A stretch of 64,000 nt of DNA from positions 6,291 through 70,290 of IMG/VR virus record IMGVR_UViG_3300001589_000007; one strand, 5' to 3'. Below are positions 45,017 through 55,484 of this stretch, piece after piece. The DNA is from a virus. The translations under genes and the position numbers were made by a program. How positions within the stretch are numbered: the first letter of the stretch is position 1; each line of letters starts with the position of its first letter. Below the pieces are notes generated by a model that worked only from the letters and a program-made list of their open reading frames with translations, was not told where the DNA came from and did not search any database.

Positions 45017-46176
45017 TAGTTATCTGCCTTTGGTCTAAGTGCTTTTGATAAGCCTTGTCGCTCTTGTACTGTCTCGCCACCAATTTGACTTGAAGCTGTG
45101 TTGTTAATAAAGGAACCTTTTTGTGTAGTACGTGTGCTAGTATTAGATAGTGTAACACGAACATCGTCTTGAACCTTTAACCATCTAGTACCATCATATT
45201 TAAATAATCTTTTTGGTAGCATATCTGTCCTTAAAAAATAGTCGCCTTTTATTCTAGTTGTTGGAAATGAAATCCCTTGCCCAAAAGCGGCACCGTTTGG
45301 TGCTTCTCCTGTACCTAATAGATAACCTTGATAACCATCTCTAGAAGGCCTATCAGCAATCTCATCAGCACTTATGCTAATATTTGATGCGTCAAAGTCA
45401 GTCTCATCAGCAGTCTGTAACGCTACACTACCGTCTGGATTACTAGCTAGTGTATAGTAATGGCTAATATCGTATCCACTTTTAGACGCATCTGCTTCAG
45501 CTTGTGCAACTACTGCATTATTAATTTGCATTTCTTGTTCATATGTACTTAACAGATCTCTAAGTGTAGTATCTGAGCCTTCTTCTGCTGGTAAGTCAAG
45601 TACTTCTTTAAATTCTTGGCTATCTACTATAGATTTTAATTTTAGTCTATATAAATGCGGATACCAAGTTGGACTAAATCCTTCTGCGGCTCTATTAATA
45701 TCATCTACAACATAAAATCTCTTTAATGCCATTGTATTATCATCAAGTGCATATTCGTCTTTTAGATGCGGTAATTCTATAACATCACCGTTCATAAGTT
45801 TTCTACCTAATGTTTTTACACTGCTATTAATATGTACAGTCATAAAGAGTGTATCATTTTGTAAAAATAGACCGAATTGACTAAGATCAAAATCTACATC
45901 TTGTACGTTATAGATACCACGCATCTCGTATATAGATGTATCATACTTACGATCTCTGTTTTCTAAAAATAACATGTCTTGTATATTTTTTACAGTAACT
46001 CCGCCGCTGTAGTTAGGCTGATCAGCAGTCGCATCAGCAGTCTCCGTATTTTCAGGTCCGAGGTACTTATGAACATATACGTCAGTTCCTCCTACGGTAA
46101 ACATCTCAAGGACCTGTTTGTCTAAAAACGTGTAATCCTTGCCCTTTTCTGGTTTATATAATGATAGTCTTGGCAT
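45016..46176 (-). CDS. T4 gp14-like neck protein
   Basis: LSQFGLF, GDVIELP motifs; synteny with gp13/gp15-like genes; start likely MPRLSLY at 46176. Confidence 0.62.
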   Translation of the reverse strand: MPRLSLYKPEKGKDYTFLDKQVLEMFTVGGTDVYVHKYLGPENTETADATADQPNYSGGVTVKNIQDMLFLENRDRKYDTSIYEMRGIYNVQDVDFDLSQFGLFLQNDTLFMTVHINSSVKTLGRKLMNGDVIELPHLKDEYALDDNTMALKRFYVVDDINRAAEGFSPTWYPHLYRLKLKSIVDSQEFKEVLDLPAEEGSDTTLRDLLSTYEQEMQINNAVVAQAEADASKSGYDISHYYTLASNPDGSVALQTADETDFDASNISISADEIADRPSRDGYQGYLLGTGEAPNGAAFGQGISFPTTRIKGDYFLRTDMLPKRLFKYDGTRWLKVQDDVRVTLSNTSTRTTQKGSFINNTASSQIGGETVQERQGLSKALRPKADN

Positions 46177-46181
46177 ACACA

Positions 46182-46202
46182 TATTTATCGTTACGATAAA
46201 TA
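46182..46202. promoter_or_regulatory. Back-to-back divergent late promoters forming a palindrome
   Basis: TATTTATCGT-T-ACGATAAATA: perfect 10-bp arms, GATAAATA on each strand. Confidence 0.8.
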
Positions 46203-46221
46203 CTAGTGGAGATTATTTAAT

Positions 46222-46980
46222 ATGGCAAACACAACAACGAAGAAACAAGAAGTATTTGACTACGTTCACGCTATGTTAGGTGGTGGAATGGTTGATGTAG
46301 AACTAGATCCTATACATTATGAAACTGCAATAACAAAAGCATTAACAAGATATCGTCAAAGAAGTGAACATTCAGCAGAAGAATCATACTTGTTTTTAAA
46401 AACGGTTGTAGATCAAAATAGTTACATACTTCCGTCAGAAGTTATGGAAGTTAGAAAAATATTTCGACGAAGTGTTGGTTCACGTACTGGTGGCGGAGAT
46501 GGCGGAAGTATATTTGAACCATTTAACTTAGCATATACAAACACATACCTACTATCTAGCACTAACATTGGAGGGCTTGCAACATACGATATGTTCAGTC
46601 AATATCAAGAATTAGTCGGACGTATGTTTGGTAGCTTTATTGAGTTTAAATGGAACAATGTATCAAAAGAACTTACATTATTACAACGCCCTAGAGCAGA
46701 AGAAACCATGATGCTATATGCTTATAATTATAGACCTGATGATTCCTTACTATCAGATTACCTAGCAATTGACTGGCTTAAAAGTTATACTCTTGCTACA
46801 TGTAAATTTATGTTAGGTGAAGCAAGATCGAAGTTTGCAACAATCGCCGGACCACAAGGCGGATCTCAGCTAAACGGTGATACATTGAAAGCTGAAGCAC
46901 AAGCAGAACTAGAAAAACTAGAAACCGAAGTTTCAATGGCTGTTGCAGGCGGAACTGGTTATGGATTTACTATAGGCTAA
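46222..46980 (+). CDS. T4 gp13-like neck protein
   Basis: LGGGMVDVEL, WLKSYTLA..K..LG..RSKF...GP.GG..LNG. Confidence 0.75.
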   Translation: MANTTTKKQEVFDYVHAMLGGGMVDVELDPIHYETAITKALTRYRQRSEHSAEESYLFLKTVVDQNSYILPSEVMEVRKIFRRSVGSRTGGGDGGSIFEPFNLAYTNTYLLSSTNIGGLATYDMFSQYQELVGRMFGSFIEFKWNNVSKELTLLQRPRAEETMMLYAYNYRPDDSLLSDYLAIDWLKSYTLATCKFMLGEARSKFATIAGPQGGSQLNGDTLKAEAQAELEKLETEVSMAVAGGTGYGFTIG

Positions 46981-46993
46981 GCCAAAAAACTAC

Positions 46994-47022
46994 TTGACAA
47001 TGTACTAAAGAAGTTATATAAT
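46994..47022 (+). promoter_or_regulatory. Consensus sigma70 promoter
   Basis: TTGACA (46994-99), 17 nt, TATAAT (47017-22), 6 nt before ATG 47029. Confidence 0.85.
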
Positions 47023-47028
47023 GTAAGT

Positions 47029-47652
47029 ATGCAGTATATAACAACTCCAATGTGGTCAGTTCCACTATTTAAGACAAATATAGGTAAGCCTGATCCCATT
47101 ACTATGGCTTGGGTTAAGAATTTAGATTATCCTCACGAAGCCTCAGGACATGATCATACTGACGACAAGTACATATTAGATCAACCTAAATTTAAAAAAC
47201 TAAAAGCAAAATTAAAAGAAGTATGTGATTTCTTTGTACACGAAGAATTAGGAATCAAAGACGATATTAATTTTGAAATACAAAATAGTTGGATTAATAG
47301 ACATCGTGCAGGAGAACACAATACATTACACTGGCATTCAAACGCCATGTTAAGTGCAGTATACTATATTCAAAACGAGCCAGGAGCAGGAGCAATTCAG
47401 TTTCAACGTTCGCATTTATACTATAATTTATTTCATGATACAGTAAGAGTTGACTATAAAGATAAAGTACAAAATCAGTATAATTTAGATCTATTTGCTA
47501 TTGAACCAGTTAGTGGCGATCTTGTTATATTTCCATCACATGTTGAACATATGGTTACACAAAATCAAACACCATCAGAACGTTATAGTCTAGCATTTAA
47601 TCTATTTGCTAGAGGACATGTTGGTGCAGGGACGTCACAGATAAAATTATGA
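47029..47652 (+). CDS. Putative 2OG-Fe(II) oxygenase (TIGR02466-like)
   Basis: SWIN, HWHSNAMLSAVYY, IFPSHVEH, RYSLAFN. Confidence 0.78.
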   Translation: MQYITTPMWSVPLFKTNIGKPDPITMAWVKNLDYPHEASGHDHTDDKYILDQPKFKKLKAKLKEVCDFFVHEELGIKDDINFEIQNSWINRHRAGEHNTLHWHSNAMLSAVYYIQNEPGAGAIQFQRSHLYYNLFHDTVRVDYKDKVQNQYNLDLFAIEPVSGDLVIFPSHVEHMVTQNQTPSERYSLAFNLFARGHVGAGTSQIKL

Positions 47653-48299
47653 ATCATCAAGTAATTCCTTTATTTTCAGTACCTCTTTTTAAGTCTAATA
47701 TTGGAAAAGTTGATCCTATCACTTTAGCTTGGATTAAAAACTTAAATTACCCTTCGCAAGCAGTCGGACATGACGGAAGTGATGATCATTTACCTAAACA
47801 TAAGCAGGGTATGCATATACTACATAACAAAAAACTTAGGAAACTTAAAGACCGTATACAAAACTGTATTAACTATTTTGTACACGAAGTGCTTGATATA
47901 GAAGATCATATTAACTTTGAAATACAGGCAAGCTGGATCAATAAAATAGAACTTGGTGATGCTGATATTATAAAACACGGCCATGCAGGCTCAATGATTA
48001 GTGGAGTTTATTATATAGATGCTGACGATACTACAGCACCTATAACTTTTGAAAAGGCATATATGTATCCAAACTTATTTCATAATAGTGTACCATTAAC
48101 ATTTAAGAAGCAAAATTATAATCAATATAATATAGAAGAATTTACATTAAATCCTCTCCCAGGAGATATATTATTATTTCCGTCTCATCTAGAACATACA
48201 GTACATCGTGTTGATACTAAAAAAGATAGGTACGGAATAGCATTTAACTGTTTTGCTAAAGGCGAAATAGGATACGGATCAGAACAAATAACGTTATAG
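47649..48299 (+). CDS. Putative 2OG-Fe(II) oxygenase (TIGR02466-like), tandem paralogue
   Basis: SWIN, HGH...ISGVYY, LFPSHLEH, RYGIAFN. Confidence 0.78.
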   Translation: MNHQVIPLFSVPLFKSNIGKVDPITLAWIKNLNYPSQAVGHDGSDDHLPKHKQGMHILHNKKLRKLKDRIQNCINYFVHEVLDIEDHINFEIQASWINKIELGDADIIKHGHAGSMISGVYYIDADDTTAPITFEKAYMYPNLFHNSVPLTFKKQNYNQYNIEEFTLNPLPGDILLFPSHLEHTVHRVDTKKDRYGIAFNCFAKGEIGYGSEQITL

Positions 48300-48307
48300 G
48301 AAAAAAT

Positions 48308-48901
48308 ATGATTATCGGAGTATGTGGTCTTATTGGCGGTGGCAAAGGTACTGTTGGCGATATTTTAGTAGAACATCACGGGTTTAAAAAAATATCATTT
48401 GCAGATAAACTAAAAGATGCTGTTGCACTTATGTTTGATTGGGATAGAGAGTTGCTAGAAGGCATTACTGATCAGAGTAGACAATGGCGAGAAAATAAAG
48501 ATGATTTTTGGTCAAAAGAAACTGGCAGAGATATTACTCCAAGATTAGTATTACAAGAGTTTGGTACTGAGTGCATGCGGAAAGGTTTCTTCGACGGTAT
48601 TTGGGTTAGTATGGTAAAAAATGAGATTATAAAAAATCCTAAACAAAACTATGTTGTCCCTGATGTTAGATTTCCTAACGAAGGAACAATGATAAATGAT
48701 TTAGGCGGACATGTCTGGAGAGTTAGACGAGGAACTGATCCAATGTGGTTACGCATATATGAAGATATTGGAGAAGAACCATCTGACGTACACCAGTCAG
48801 AATACAAATGGTGTAGTATTAATCATAGTGCAATTATAGAAAATGACCAAAGCCTTGCTTATCTTAAAAATCTGGTAGCAAGTCACCTTGCTTCCATTTA
48901 A
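48308..48901 (+). CDS. Deoxynucleoside monophosphate kinase (T4 gp1-like)
   Basis: GLIGGGKGT P-loop, SFADKLKD, TPRLVLQEFGTE, DVRFPNE. Confidence 0.88.
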   Translation: MIIGVCGLIGGGKGTVGDILVEHHGFKKISFADKLKDAVALMFDWDRELLEGITDQSRQWRENKDDFWSKETGRDITPRLVLQEFGTECMRKGFFDGIWVSMVKNEIIKNPKQNYVVPDVRFPNEGTMINDLGGHVWRVRRGTDPMWLRIYEDIGEEPSDVHQSEYKWCSINHSAIIENDQSLAYLKNLVASHLASI

Positions 48902-49199
48902 CTCCGATCTTTTGCATAACACGTTGACAGTTTGCACATACAGTTTTTAAGTTAGTAAACGAAGAATTATTCAAGTCACCGTCAATATGAAATACATTGA
49001 ATTGTTCAGGATGTTTACTAGTATAGTTACACTTCTCACAATTATTTTTTTTAATATATCCTGCCTGCTTCCATTTAGGGATTCCATGTTTAACTCCGTG
49101 TCGTAGACACACTTCACAGAGCCTTCGATAATAGGTTCTGCCGTCTTTTTTATAATTTATTGCCGCAGGACGTTGTCTACATACACATAATGGTCTCAT
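48864..49199 (-). CDS. Small zinc-binding HNH-like protein
   Basis: CxC and CxxC pairs; VFHIDGDLNN...NLKTVCANC. Confidence 0.7.
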   Translation of the reverse strand: MRPLCVCRQRPAAINYKKDGRTYYRRLCEVCLRHGVKHGIPKWKQAGYIKKNNCEKCNYTSKHPEQFNVFHIDGDLNNSSFTNLKTVCANCQRVMQKIGVKWKQGDLLPDF

Positions 49200-49266
49200 A
49201 TTGTATTTACCTCACCTTTTCTGCCCCTTTAATTCATGGTATCTCAAGGTAATATTTCTAAATTCA

Positions 49267-49274
49267 TATAAATA
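49267..49274 (+). promoter_or_regulatory. Late promoter TATAAATA
   Basis: Upstream of the sheath gene SD AGGAG. Confidence 0.75.
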
Positions 49275-49314
49275 ATAATGAACACTTTACTAAGACTTAT
49301 TAGGAGAAAAAGAA

Positions 49315-52300
49315 ATGGCGTTATCATCCCCAGGTGTTGAGGTTAAGGTAATAGACGAATCGTTCTATACACCAGCAGAACCCGGCACCGTACCAATGAT
49401 TTTTATAGCCTCCGCCCAAGACAAGAAGAACGGCGCAGGAACAGGTACCGCACCAGGTACATTGGCTGCAAATGCAGGCAAACCTTACTTGATCACATCA
49501 CAGCGTGATTTAGTAGAAACATTTGGTGAACCAAGTTTTAAAACAGATACAAACAATAATCCAATACACGCAGGTGAACTTAACGAATATGGTTTACAAG
49601 CGGCATATAGCTTATTAGGTGTAAGCAATAGAGCATATGTAACTAGAGCATCAATTGACTTAGGGGCATTGGCAGCAACTGCATCAGCTCCTACAGCAAA
49701 TCCTGCGGCTGGCACATATTGGTTTGATACTGCAACTTCAATATTTGGAATTTTTGAATGGAACTCAGCGGCGGCATCCGTAATAGGTGGCCAGAGCTTT
49801 ACTAACAAAGTTCCAACAGTAATTACTGATACAACAAAAGTTAGTGCCGGAGCACCAAAAGGATCAGTAGGATCAATTGGTGATTATGCAATAGTTGCAA
49901 CTACAACCTTAAACAAGCTATACTACAAGAACTACTTAGGTACTTGGGTACAAGCTGGTACAACAGCTTGGAAAGCAAGCCACGGTACTGTTGCTGGTTC
50001 AGCTAATCCAACTATTGTAGGTGGCAAAACACTAGTAATAAATTCATCTACTGTGACAGCTAGTGGCACTACAGCAAGTTCATTAGCAGGTGATATTAAC
50101 ACTGCGGCAATTAGTGGTATTACAGCGGCGTCAATTGACGGTGTATTGACAATCTTTAGCACAGGTGCAAACGTTGTACTTGCAGAAGGTACAGGCGCAT
50201 TAGGCGAAGCTGGAATGGCAGCCGGTACTTATTATGCTCCAGCATTAAGTATTGCTCCTCACACAAGTGTTCCATTATATAAGAGCGGTGATCCAAACTC
50301 ACGCCCATCAGGTAGTATTTGGATTAAAACAACACAGCCTAATAAAGGTGCAAATTGGAAAGTTAAAGTATGGAATGATGCAACTAAGTTATGGGATACT
50401 AGCGCCGCACCAATATTCAATACTCCACAAGAGGCACTGTTTAACTTAGATAAGACACTAGGCGGAGCAGGTTTGGCACTAAGTCAAATTTTCATCAAAG
50501 CAAACGACGGTGAAGCAACTGTTACAGCAGGCGATTTTAAAATTTATAAAAGAGCGGCAACAGGTAACACTACTATTACTAGTGGTATTATTACAACAGG
50601 TATGTCATCGGCAGCATTTACAATTAATATTTCAGAATCAATAGTTGGTAATGCGGCAATGAGTGCTGATGTAGCAGTAAGTGGAACCACAACAGGAGCG
50701 GCAACAGATTCCGACGTAGTTGCAAATGCAATTAATGCGGCAGGTTTAACAAATGTTAGTGCTTCTGTAGACGCTCAAAATAGAGTTGTTATCATACACA
50801 ACGACGGTGGAGACTTTAGAATTAAAGATCAAACTGGAGCGGCTTTTGCTGAAATGGGCTTTAGTGCTTATGTAAATGCAAATAGTGGAACAACTAATTT
50901 GTATACTGCACCAGCAGGTGATGCAGATCATGAGTTTGTAGCTTCAAACTGGAAAGTACTAACATATACAGCGTCAACTACTGCTCCAACAGCATTAGCG
51001 GCAAATGGTACATTATGGTATAATTCAATTACTGACGAAGCCGACATTATGATACATAACGGTACTACTTGGGTAGGATATTTAGATTCAACAAGCCCGT
51101 ATTATAGTGCTAGTGCAGGCGATCAAACTAGCCCAGGAGGTCCTATTGTAAGTGCAAGCGAACCTTTAGCGGCAACTGGCCAGTCAGATGGAACTGCTCT
51201 TAAGAACGGTGATATTTGGATTTCAACAGCAATTTTAGATGCATATCCAACTGTATACAAATACAGTACTGCACTTACTAAATGGGTGTTAGTTGACAGT
51301 TCAGATCAAACTACTGAAGACGGTATACTTTATGCAGATGCACGTTGGGGATTAGCAGGTGCTACTAGTAATGTAGCAGGAACTATTGTAGAGTTATTAA
51401 CAAATAACTTCTTAGATCCAGATGCTCCAGATCCAGCACTATATCCAAAAGGTATGATGTTGTTTAACTTACGTAGAAGTGGATTTAATGTTAAGAAATT
51501 TGTACGCAATTATATTGATACAAATGCAGTTAACAAAAGATTTAACTCAGACGAAGCAATGACAAGTTATTATACACACCGTTGGGTTACAGAATCAGCT
51601 AACCAAGCAGATGGTAAAGGAAGCTTCGGACAAGGCGCACAGCGTAAAGTTGTTATCCAAAGTCTACAAGCAATGCTTAATAGTAACGATGCAATTAGAG
51701 ATGATGAATCAAGACTCTTTAATGTAATTGCTACTCCAGGATATCCAGAGCTAATTGGTGAAATGGTTACATTGAATACTGATAGAGGATTAACAGCGTT
51801 TGTATTAGGTGATAGTCCACCAAAACTAACACCAGATGCTACTTCACTTAACGAGTGGGGAACTAATGTTAACTTAGCAGTTGAAGATAATGCTAACGGA
51901 CTTGTAACAAGTGATGAATACTTAGGTGTTTATTATCCATGGGGATTTAGCAGTGATAATGCTGGTAACAACGTTGTTGTTCCACCAAGTCATATGATGC
52001 TAAGAACTATTGCACTTAGTGACCAAGTTAGTTATCCATGGTTTGCACCAGCAGGTACAAGACGAGGAGGCATTACTAACGCAACAGCAACTGGTTATAT
52101 TGATAACGAAGGCGAATTTAATTCAATAGCATTAAACGAAGGACAACGTGATACACTTCAAGGTATTAAAGTTAATCCAATTACGTTTATGACAGGTGCT
52201 GGATTAGTTGCATTTGGACAGAAAACTAGAGCTAAAAATGCTAGTTCTTTAGATAGAATTAACGTTGCAAGACTAGTTGTGTATATGCGTAGTCAACTTA

Positions 52301-52569
52301 ACAAACTTGCTAAGCCTTATATCTTTGAACCAAATGATAAGATAACAAGAGATGAGATCAAACAAGCCGCAGAGAGCTTGTGCTTAGAACTTGTAGGATC
52401 AAGAGCGTTATATGACTATCTAGTTGTATGTGACGAATCAAATAACACACCAAGTAGAATAGATAAAAACGAACTATACTTAGATATAGCAATTGAACCA
52501 GTTAAGGCTGTGGAATTCATATACATTCCACTTAGACTTAAGAATACAGGAGAAATTGCAGGTCTTTAA
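49315..52569 (+). CDS. Tail sheath protein (gp18-like)
   Basis: LSSPGVEV..ID; PWFAPAG..RG, VNPI, GQKT, DRINVARL, FEPND, PVKAVEFIYI. Confidence 0.93.
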   Translation: MALSSPGVEVKVIDESFYTPAEPGTVPMIFIASAQDKKNGAGTGTAPGTLAANAGKPYLITSQRDLVETFGEPSFKTDTNNNPIHAGELNEYGLQAAYSLLGVSNRAYVTRASIDLGALAATASAPTANPAAGTYWFDTATSIFGIFEWNSAAASVIGGQSFTNKVPTVITDTTKVSAGAPKGSVGSIGDYAIVATTTLNKLYYKNYLGTWVQAGTTAWKASHGTVAGSANPTIVGGKTLVINSSTVTASGTTASSLAGDINTAAISGITAASIDGVLTIFSTGANVVLAEGTGALGEAGMAAGTYYAPALSIAPHTSVPLYKSGDPNSRPSGSIWIKTTQPNKGANWKVKVWNDATKLWDTSAAPIFNTPQEALFNLDKTLGGAGLALSQIFIKANDGEATVTAGDFKIYKRAATGNTTITSGIITTGMSSAAFTINISESIVGNAAMSADVAVSGTTTGAATDSDVVANAINAAGLTNVSASVDAQNRVVIIHNDGGDFRIKDQTGAAFAEMGFSAYVNANSGTTNLYTAPAGDADHEFVASNWKVLTYTASTTAPTALAANGTLWYNSITDEADIMIHNGTTWVGYLDSTSPYYSASAGDQTSPGGPIVSASEPLAATGQSDGTALKNGDIWISTAILDAYPTVYKYSTALTKWVLVDSSDQTTEDGILYADARWGLAGATSNVAGTIVELLTNNFLDPDAPDPALYPKGMMLFNLRRSGFNVKKFVRNYIDTNAVNKRFNSDEAMTSYYTHRWVTESANQADGKGSFGQGAQRKVVIQSLQAMLNSNDAIRDDESRLFNVIATPGYPELIGEMVTLNTDRGLTAFVLGDSPPKLTPDATSLNEWGTNVNLAVEDNANGLVTSDEYLGVYYPWGFSSDNAGNNVVVPPSHMMLRTIALSDQVSYPWFAPAGTRRGGITNATATGYIDNEGEFNSIALNEGQRDTLQGIKVNPITFMTGAGLVAFGQKTRAKNASSLDRINVARLVVYMRSQLNKLAKPYIFEPNDKITRDEIKQAAESLCLELVGSRALYDYLVVCDESNNTPSRIDKNELYLDIAIEPVKAVEFIYIPLRLKNTGEIAGL

Positions 52570-52578
52570 ATTCTAAAA

Positions 52579-52604
52579 AATGGGGGCTAGAAATAGCCTC
52601 CATT
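52579..52604. terminator. GAAA-tetraloop hairpin between sheath and tube genes
   Basis: AATGGGGGCTA-GAAA-TAGCCTCCATT; A-run on the 5' side, no strong U-tract on +. Confidence 0.5.
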
Positions 52605-52608
52605 AAAA

Positions 52609-52616
52609 GATAAATA
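52609..52616 (+). promoter_or_regulatory. Late promoter GATAAATA
   Basis: Octamer, AGGAG SD and ATG 52637. Confidence 0.75.
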
Positions 52617-52636
52617 CTAGCAACAGGAGTTATAAT

Positions 52637-53266
52637 ATGGCAATCTCAACACTCTCAAAAATTACAGTACCTCTAGCAAGTGATACTTCAGCGTCGACAC
52701 AAGGTTTGTTGATGCCGAAGTTACAATATCGCTTTAGAGTAACACTTGAGAACTTTGGTGTAAGTACACCAACAACAGAACTAACAAAACAGGTAATTGA
52801 TGTAACAAGACCAGTTGTAAACTTTGAGGAAATTGAAATCCCAGTTTACAACAGTAGAGCATACCTAGCAGGTAAGCATGCATGGGATCCGATTACACTT
52901 AACTTGCGTGAAGATGTAAACAACAATGTACAAAAACTTGTTGGCGAACAGTTACAGAAACAGTTTGATTTCTTTGAGCAGTCAGGTGCGGCATCAGGTA
53001 TTGACTACAAATTCTTAACTAGAATTGAAATACTAGACGGTGGTAACGGAGCAAATACTCCAAATGTATTAGATACATTTGAGTTATATGGTTGCTTTGT
53101 ACAAAATGCAAACTACAACACATTAGCATACAGTGCTAATGAGCCAGTTACAATAGCACTAAGCATACGTTACGATAACGCAATCCAGTCACAAGGTGGC
53201 GGAATTGGAACAGCAGTAGGTAGAACTCTTAACAGTCTAGTTACTGGTGGCGGCGGCATAGGCTAA
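52637..53266 (+). CDS. Tail tube protein (gp19-like)
   Basis: Follows the sheath gene; YRFRV, RP...F, AGK..W..IT, L.Y...E..TI...IRYD. Confidence 0.85.
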   Translation: MAISTLSKITVPLASDTSASTQGLLMPKLQYRFRVTLENFGVSTPTTELTKQVIDVTRPVVNFEEIEIPVYNSRAYLAGKHAWDPITLNLREDVNNNVQKLVGEQLQKQFDFFEQSGAASGIDYKFLTRIEILDGGNGANTPNVLDTFELYGCFVQNANYNTLAYSANEPVTIALSIRYDNAIQSQGGGIGTAVGRTLNSLVTGGGGIG

Positions 53267-53292
53267 AAACTAATTGCCATATTACTATTATT

Positions 53293-53317
53293 AAAAGGAG
53301 CTTCGGCTCCTTTTTTT
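53293..53317 (+). terminator. Rho-independent terminator with cUUCGg loop
   Basis: AAAAGGAGC-TTCG-GCTCCTTTT followed by further T. Confidence 0.9.
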
Positions 53318-53351
53318 ATGACTCTCTTAATTAACGTTTATAAATATATGC

Positions 53352-54302
53352 ATGACAGATTTAGATAAAATTAATAAAGGACATTTTGATAGTGGTCCTA
53401 TATCCAACGGACAATTAGATCCGATTTTCTTGTCACCTTATAATATTAATACTCTTGAGGAATTAACAGAGTATAGTTCCTTTCATAAACTTCTTGCAGA
53501 CAATTTAAAAAGAAAATTTAATATTCCTGAAGACACGTTAAATTGGGAGTATCCGTATATACGTAAAGAAGAAGAAAAAAACTTTAATAGCGATCCTTGG
53601 ACATACACTATTAATCAATACGGATTTAGAGACATTTGGCGTCAAAAAGCTAAACGTCCTAATTTAGGATTTTACGGATGTAGCTATACTTACGGAGAAG
53701 GTGTAGAATCTAAAAAACATTGGACTACTCTAGTTTCTAACAGATTTAAATTTAATAAATTTAATTTTGGTATAGGCGGATCAAGTGCATTGAGAGTTGC
53801 TAGAACTTTTGTAGCAACTAATAGAGTTTTAAATTTAACTCATGCCATTATATTATTACCATCTATGAATAGAGTAGATTATAGTTTCATATATGATAAA
53901 CAAAATAGGAATTGGACTAGGTCAGTAGGGTTGTTGCCTGCCATAAATCCAGAGTATGGTACAAGACATGGTGAAGAAGGCTTACTTAAAAAACATAAAG
54001 AAATTTATACAGCATTTGATGATAACCTTTTTATTATGAATCTAATATATGCCGTATCTATGATTACTGAATCTGCAAGAGCAAATAATGTAAAAATAGT
54101 ATTTGCTACATGGTGTGCTGAAACATTATATACACTAGACAAAATAAATGCTCCAAATTTGTATCCTAATGTAGGACTTAACCTGAAAGATTATGCAAGA
54201 GATGGAGCACATCCAGGACCAATTACTAATCAAATTTTTACTGATAATATTACAGAATGGATATCTAGCACTCAAAAAAACAGTACATGGCCAGTTATTT
54301 AA
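53352..54302 (+). CDS. SGNH-like hypothetical protein
   Basis: GCSYTYG, NFGIGGSS, RDGAHPG; TATAAATA at 53339-46 lies 5 nt before the ATG. Confidence 0.6.
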   Translation: MTDLDKINKGHFDSGPISNGQLDPIFLSPYNINTLEELTEYSSFHKLLADNLKRKFNIPEDTLNWEYPYIRKEEEKNFNSDPWTYTINQYGFRDIWRQKAKRPNLGFYGCSYTYGEGVESKKHWTTLVSNRFKFNKFNFGIGGSSALRVARTFVATNRVLNLTHAIILLPSMNRVDYSFIYDKQNRNWTRSVGLLPAINPEYGTRHGEEGLLKKHKEIYTAFDDNLFIMNLIYAVSMITESARANNVKIVFATWCAETLYTLDKINAPNLYPNVGLNLKDYARDGAHPGPITNQIFTDNITEWISSTQKNSTWPVI

Positions 54303-54347
54303 TCTACGCACTTTATATTATAGATAAATATTAGTAAGGAGATCTAT

Positions 54348-55484
54348 ATGGCTAATATTTTAAATGGCTTCTTTGATAATTTAGTAGGCGGAGTATCTAA
54401 CCCAAAAGGAGATATGGCCGACTTTCAGCATGCGGCACGTTTATATACTGACGATTCATTTAGACTAGCTCCTAAAACTAAATTTCTTTATCATGTTGTA
54501 TTTGAATTAAATCCTAGTGCAACAAAAAATTTACCTCAATTAGATCAACGTCACAAAAATGAAATTAATCTTTTAGTTAAGTCAGCAGATCTACCTAAGG
54601 TAAGTATAAACACTGTAACTAAAAATGCATATAACCGTAAAAAGAATGTGCAAACACACTTAGAATACGATCCTGTTAACATTACGTTTCATGATGACAA
54701 CTTAGGTATTACCACTATGCTAATGGAAGCATATTATAGATACTATTATCAAGACGGAGGTCATTATGCAGACGGTGCGTCAGCACCATTTCAATCAAGA
54801 ATTACATATGCAGGAAGTGATAATCACAAATATCGCTATGGACTAGATAACGACAGTTTAGTTCCATTCTTTAATAAAATTACGATATATCAAATGGCCC
54901 GTCATCAATACACTGGATTTACTTTAGTTAACCCATTAGTAACAGGCTTTCAACATGATAGTGTTGACCAAGCAGATGGTGCTGGATTAATGCAAAACCA
55001 AATGACATTTGCATATGAGAGTATATTCTATAGTAGAGGTGCAACCGGACAAGGTTCGCCTAGAGGCTTTGCACAAGAACATTATGATAATTCACCTAGC
55101 CCACTAGGTATACTAGGCGGCGGGTCTTCAAGCCTATTTGGTGGTGGCGGAGTATTAGGAGGAGTAAGTAGTGTACTAGGTGACTTAGCTGGCGGTACAT
55201 TTAACTTAGGAACTGCATTAACAGCGTTTAACACATATAAGAATGCAAAGACATTAACTAAGGAAGGCCTTAGAGAAGAAGGATTTAATATATTAAAGGG
55301 TGCTATTACTGATATAGGAAAACAATCGTCCAGCGGAGTAAGAACTACTAATTTTCCAAAGTCATCAGCAAATAGTAATAGCAAAACTTTAACAAGCGGC
55401 GGTAGTATTGACACAAACAGTTCTGTATATGCAAGTAAAGTAGTTACTGCACAAAATAATAACTTTATGGACGGAGTAATATAA
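54348..55484 (+). CDS. Tube-fold baseplate/tail tube initiator protein (gp54/gp48-like)
   Basis: LVKSADLP, YDPVNITFHDD, FAYE tube-like motifs; Gly-rich C-terminus; GATAAATA at 54323. Confidence 0.6.
   Translation: MANILNGFFDNLVGGVSNPKGDMADFQHAARLYTDDSFRLAPKTKFLYHVVFELNPSATKNLPQLDQRHKNEINLLVKSADLPKVSINTVTKNAYNRKKNVQTHLEYDPVNITFHDDNLGITTMLMEAYYRYYYQDGGHYADGASAPFQSRITYAGSDNHKYRYGLDNDSLVPFFNKITIYQMARHQYTGFTLVNPLVTGFQHDSVDQADGAGLMQNQMTFAYESIFYSRGATGQGSPRGFAQEHYDNSPSPLGILGGGSSSLFGGGGVLGGVSSVLGDLAGGTFNLGTALTAFNTYKNAKTLTKEGLREEGFNILKGAITDIGKQSSSGVRTTNFPKSSANSNSKTLTSGGSIDTNSSVYASKVVTAQNNNFMDGVI

Noticed and set aside
48864-49199. Mobile homing endonuclease
   Set aside because: Only 111 aa with a degenerate HNH motif and no evidence of an insertion site; treated as an ordinary small phage gene
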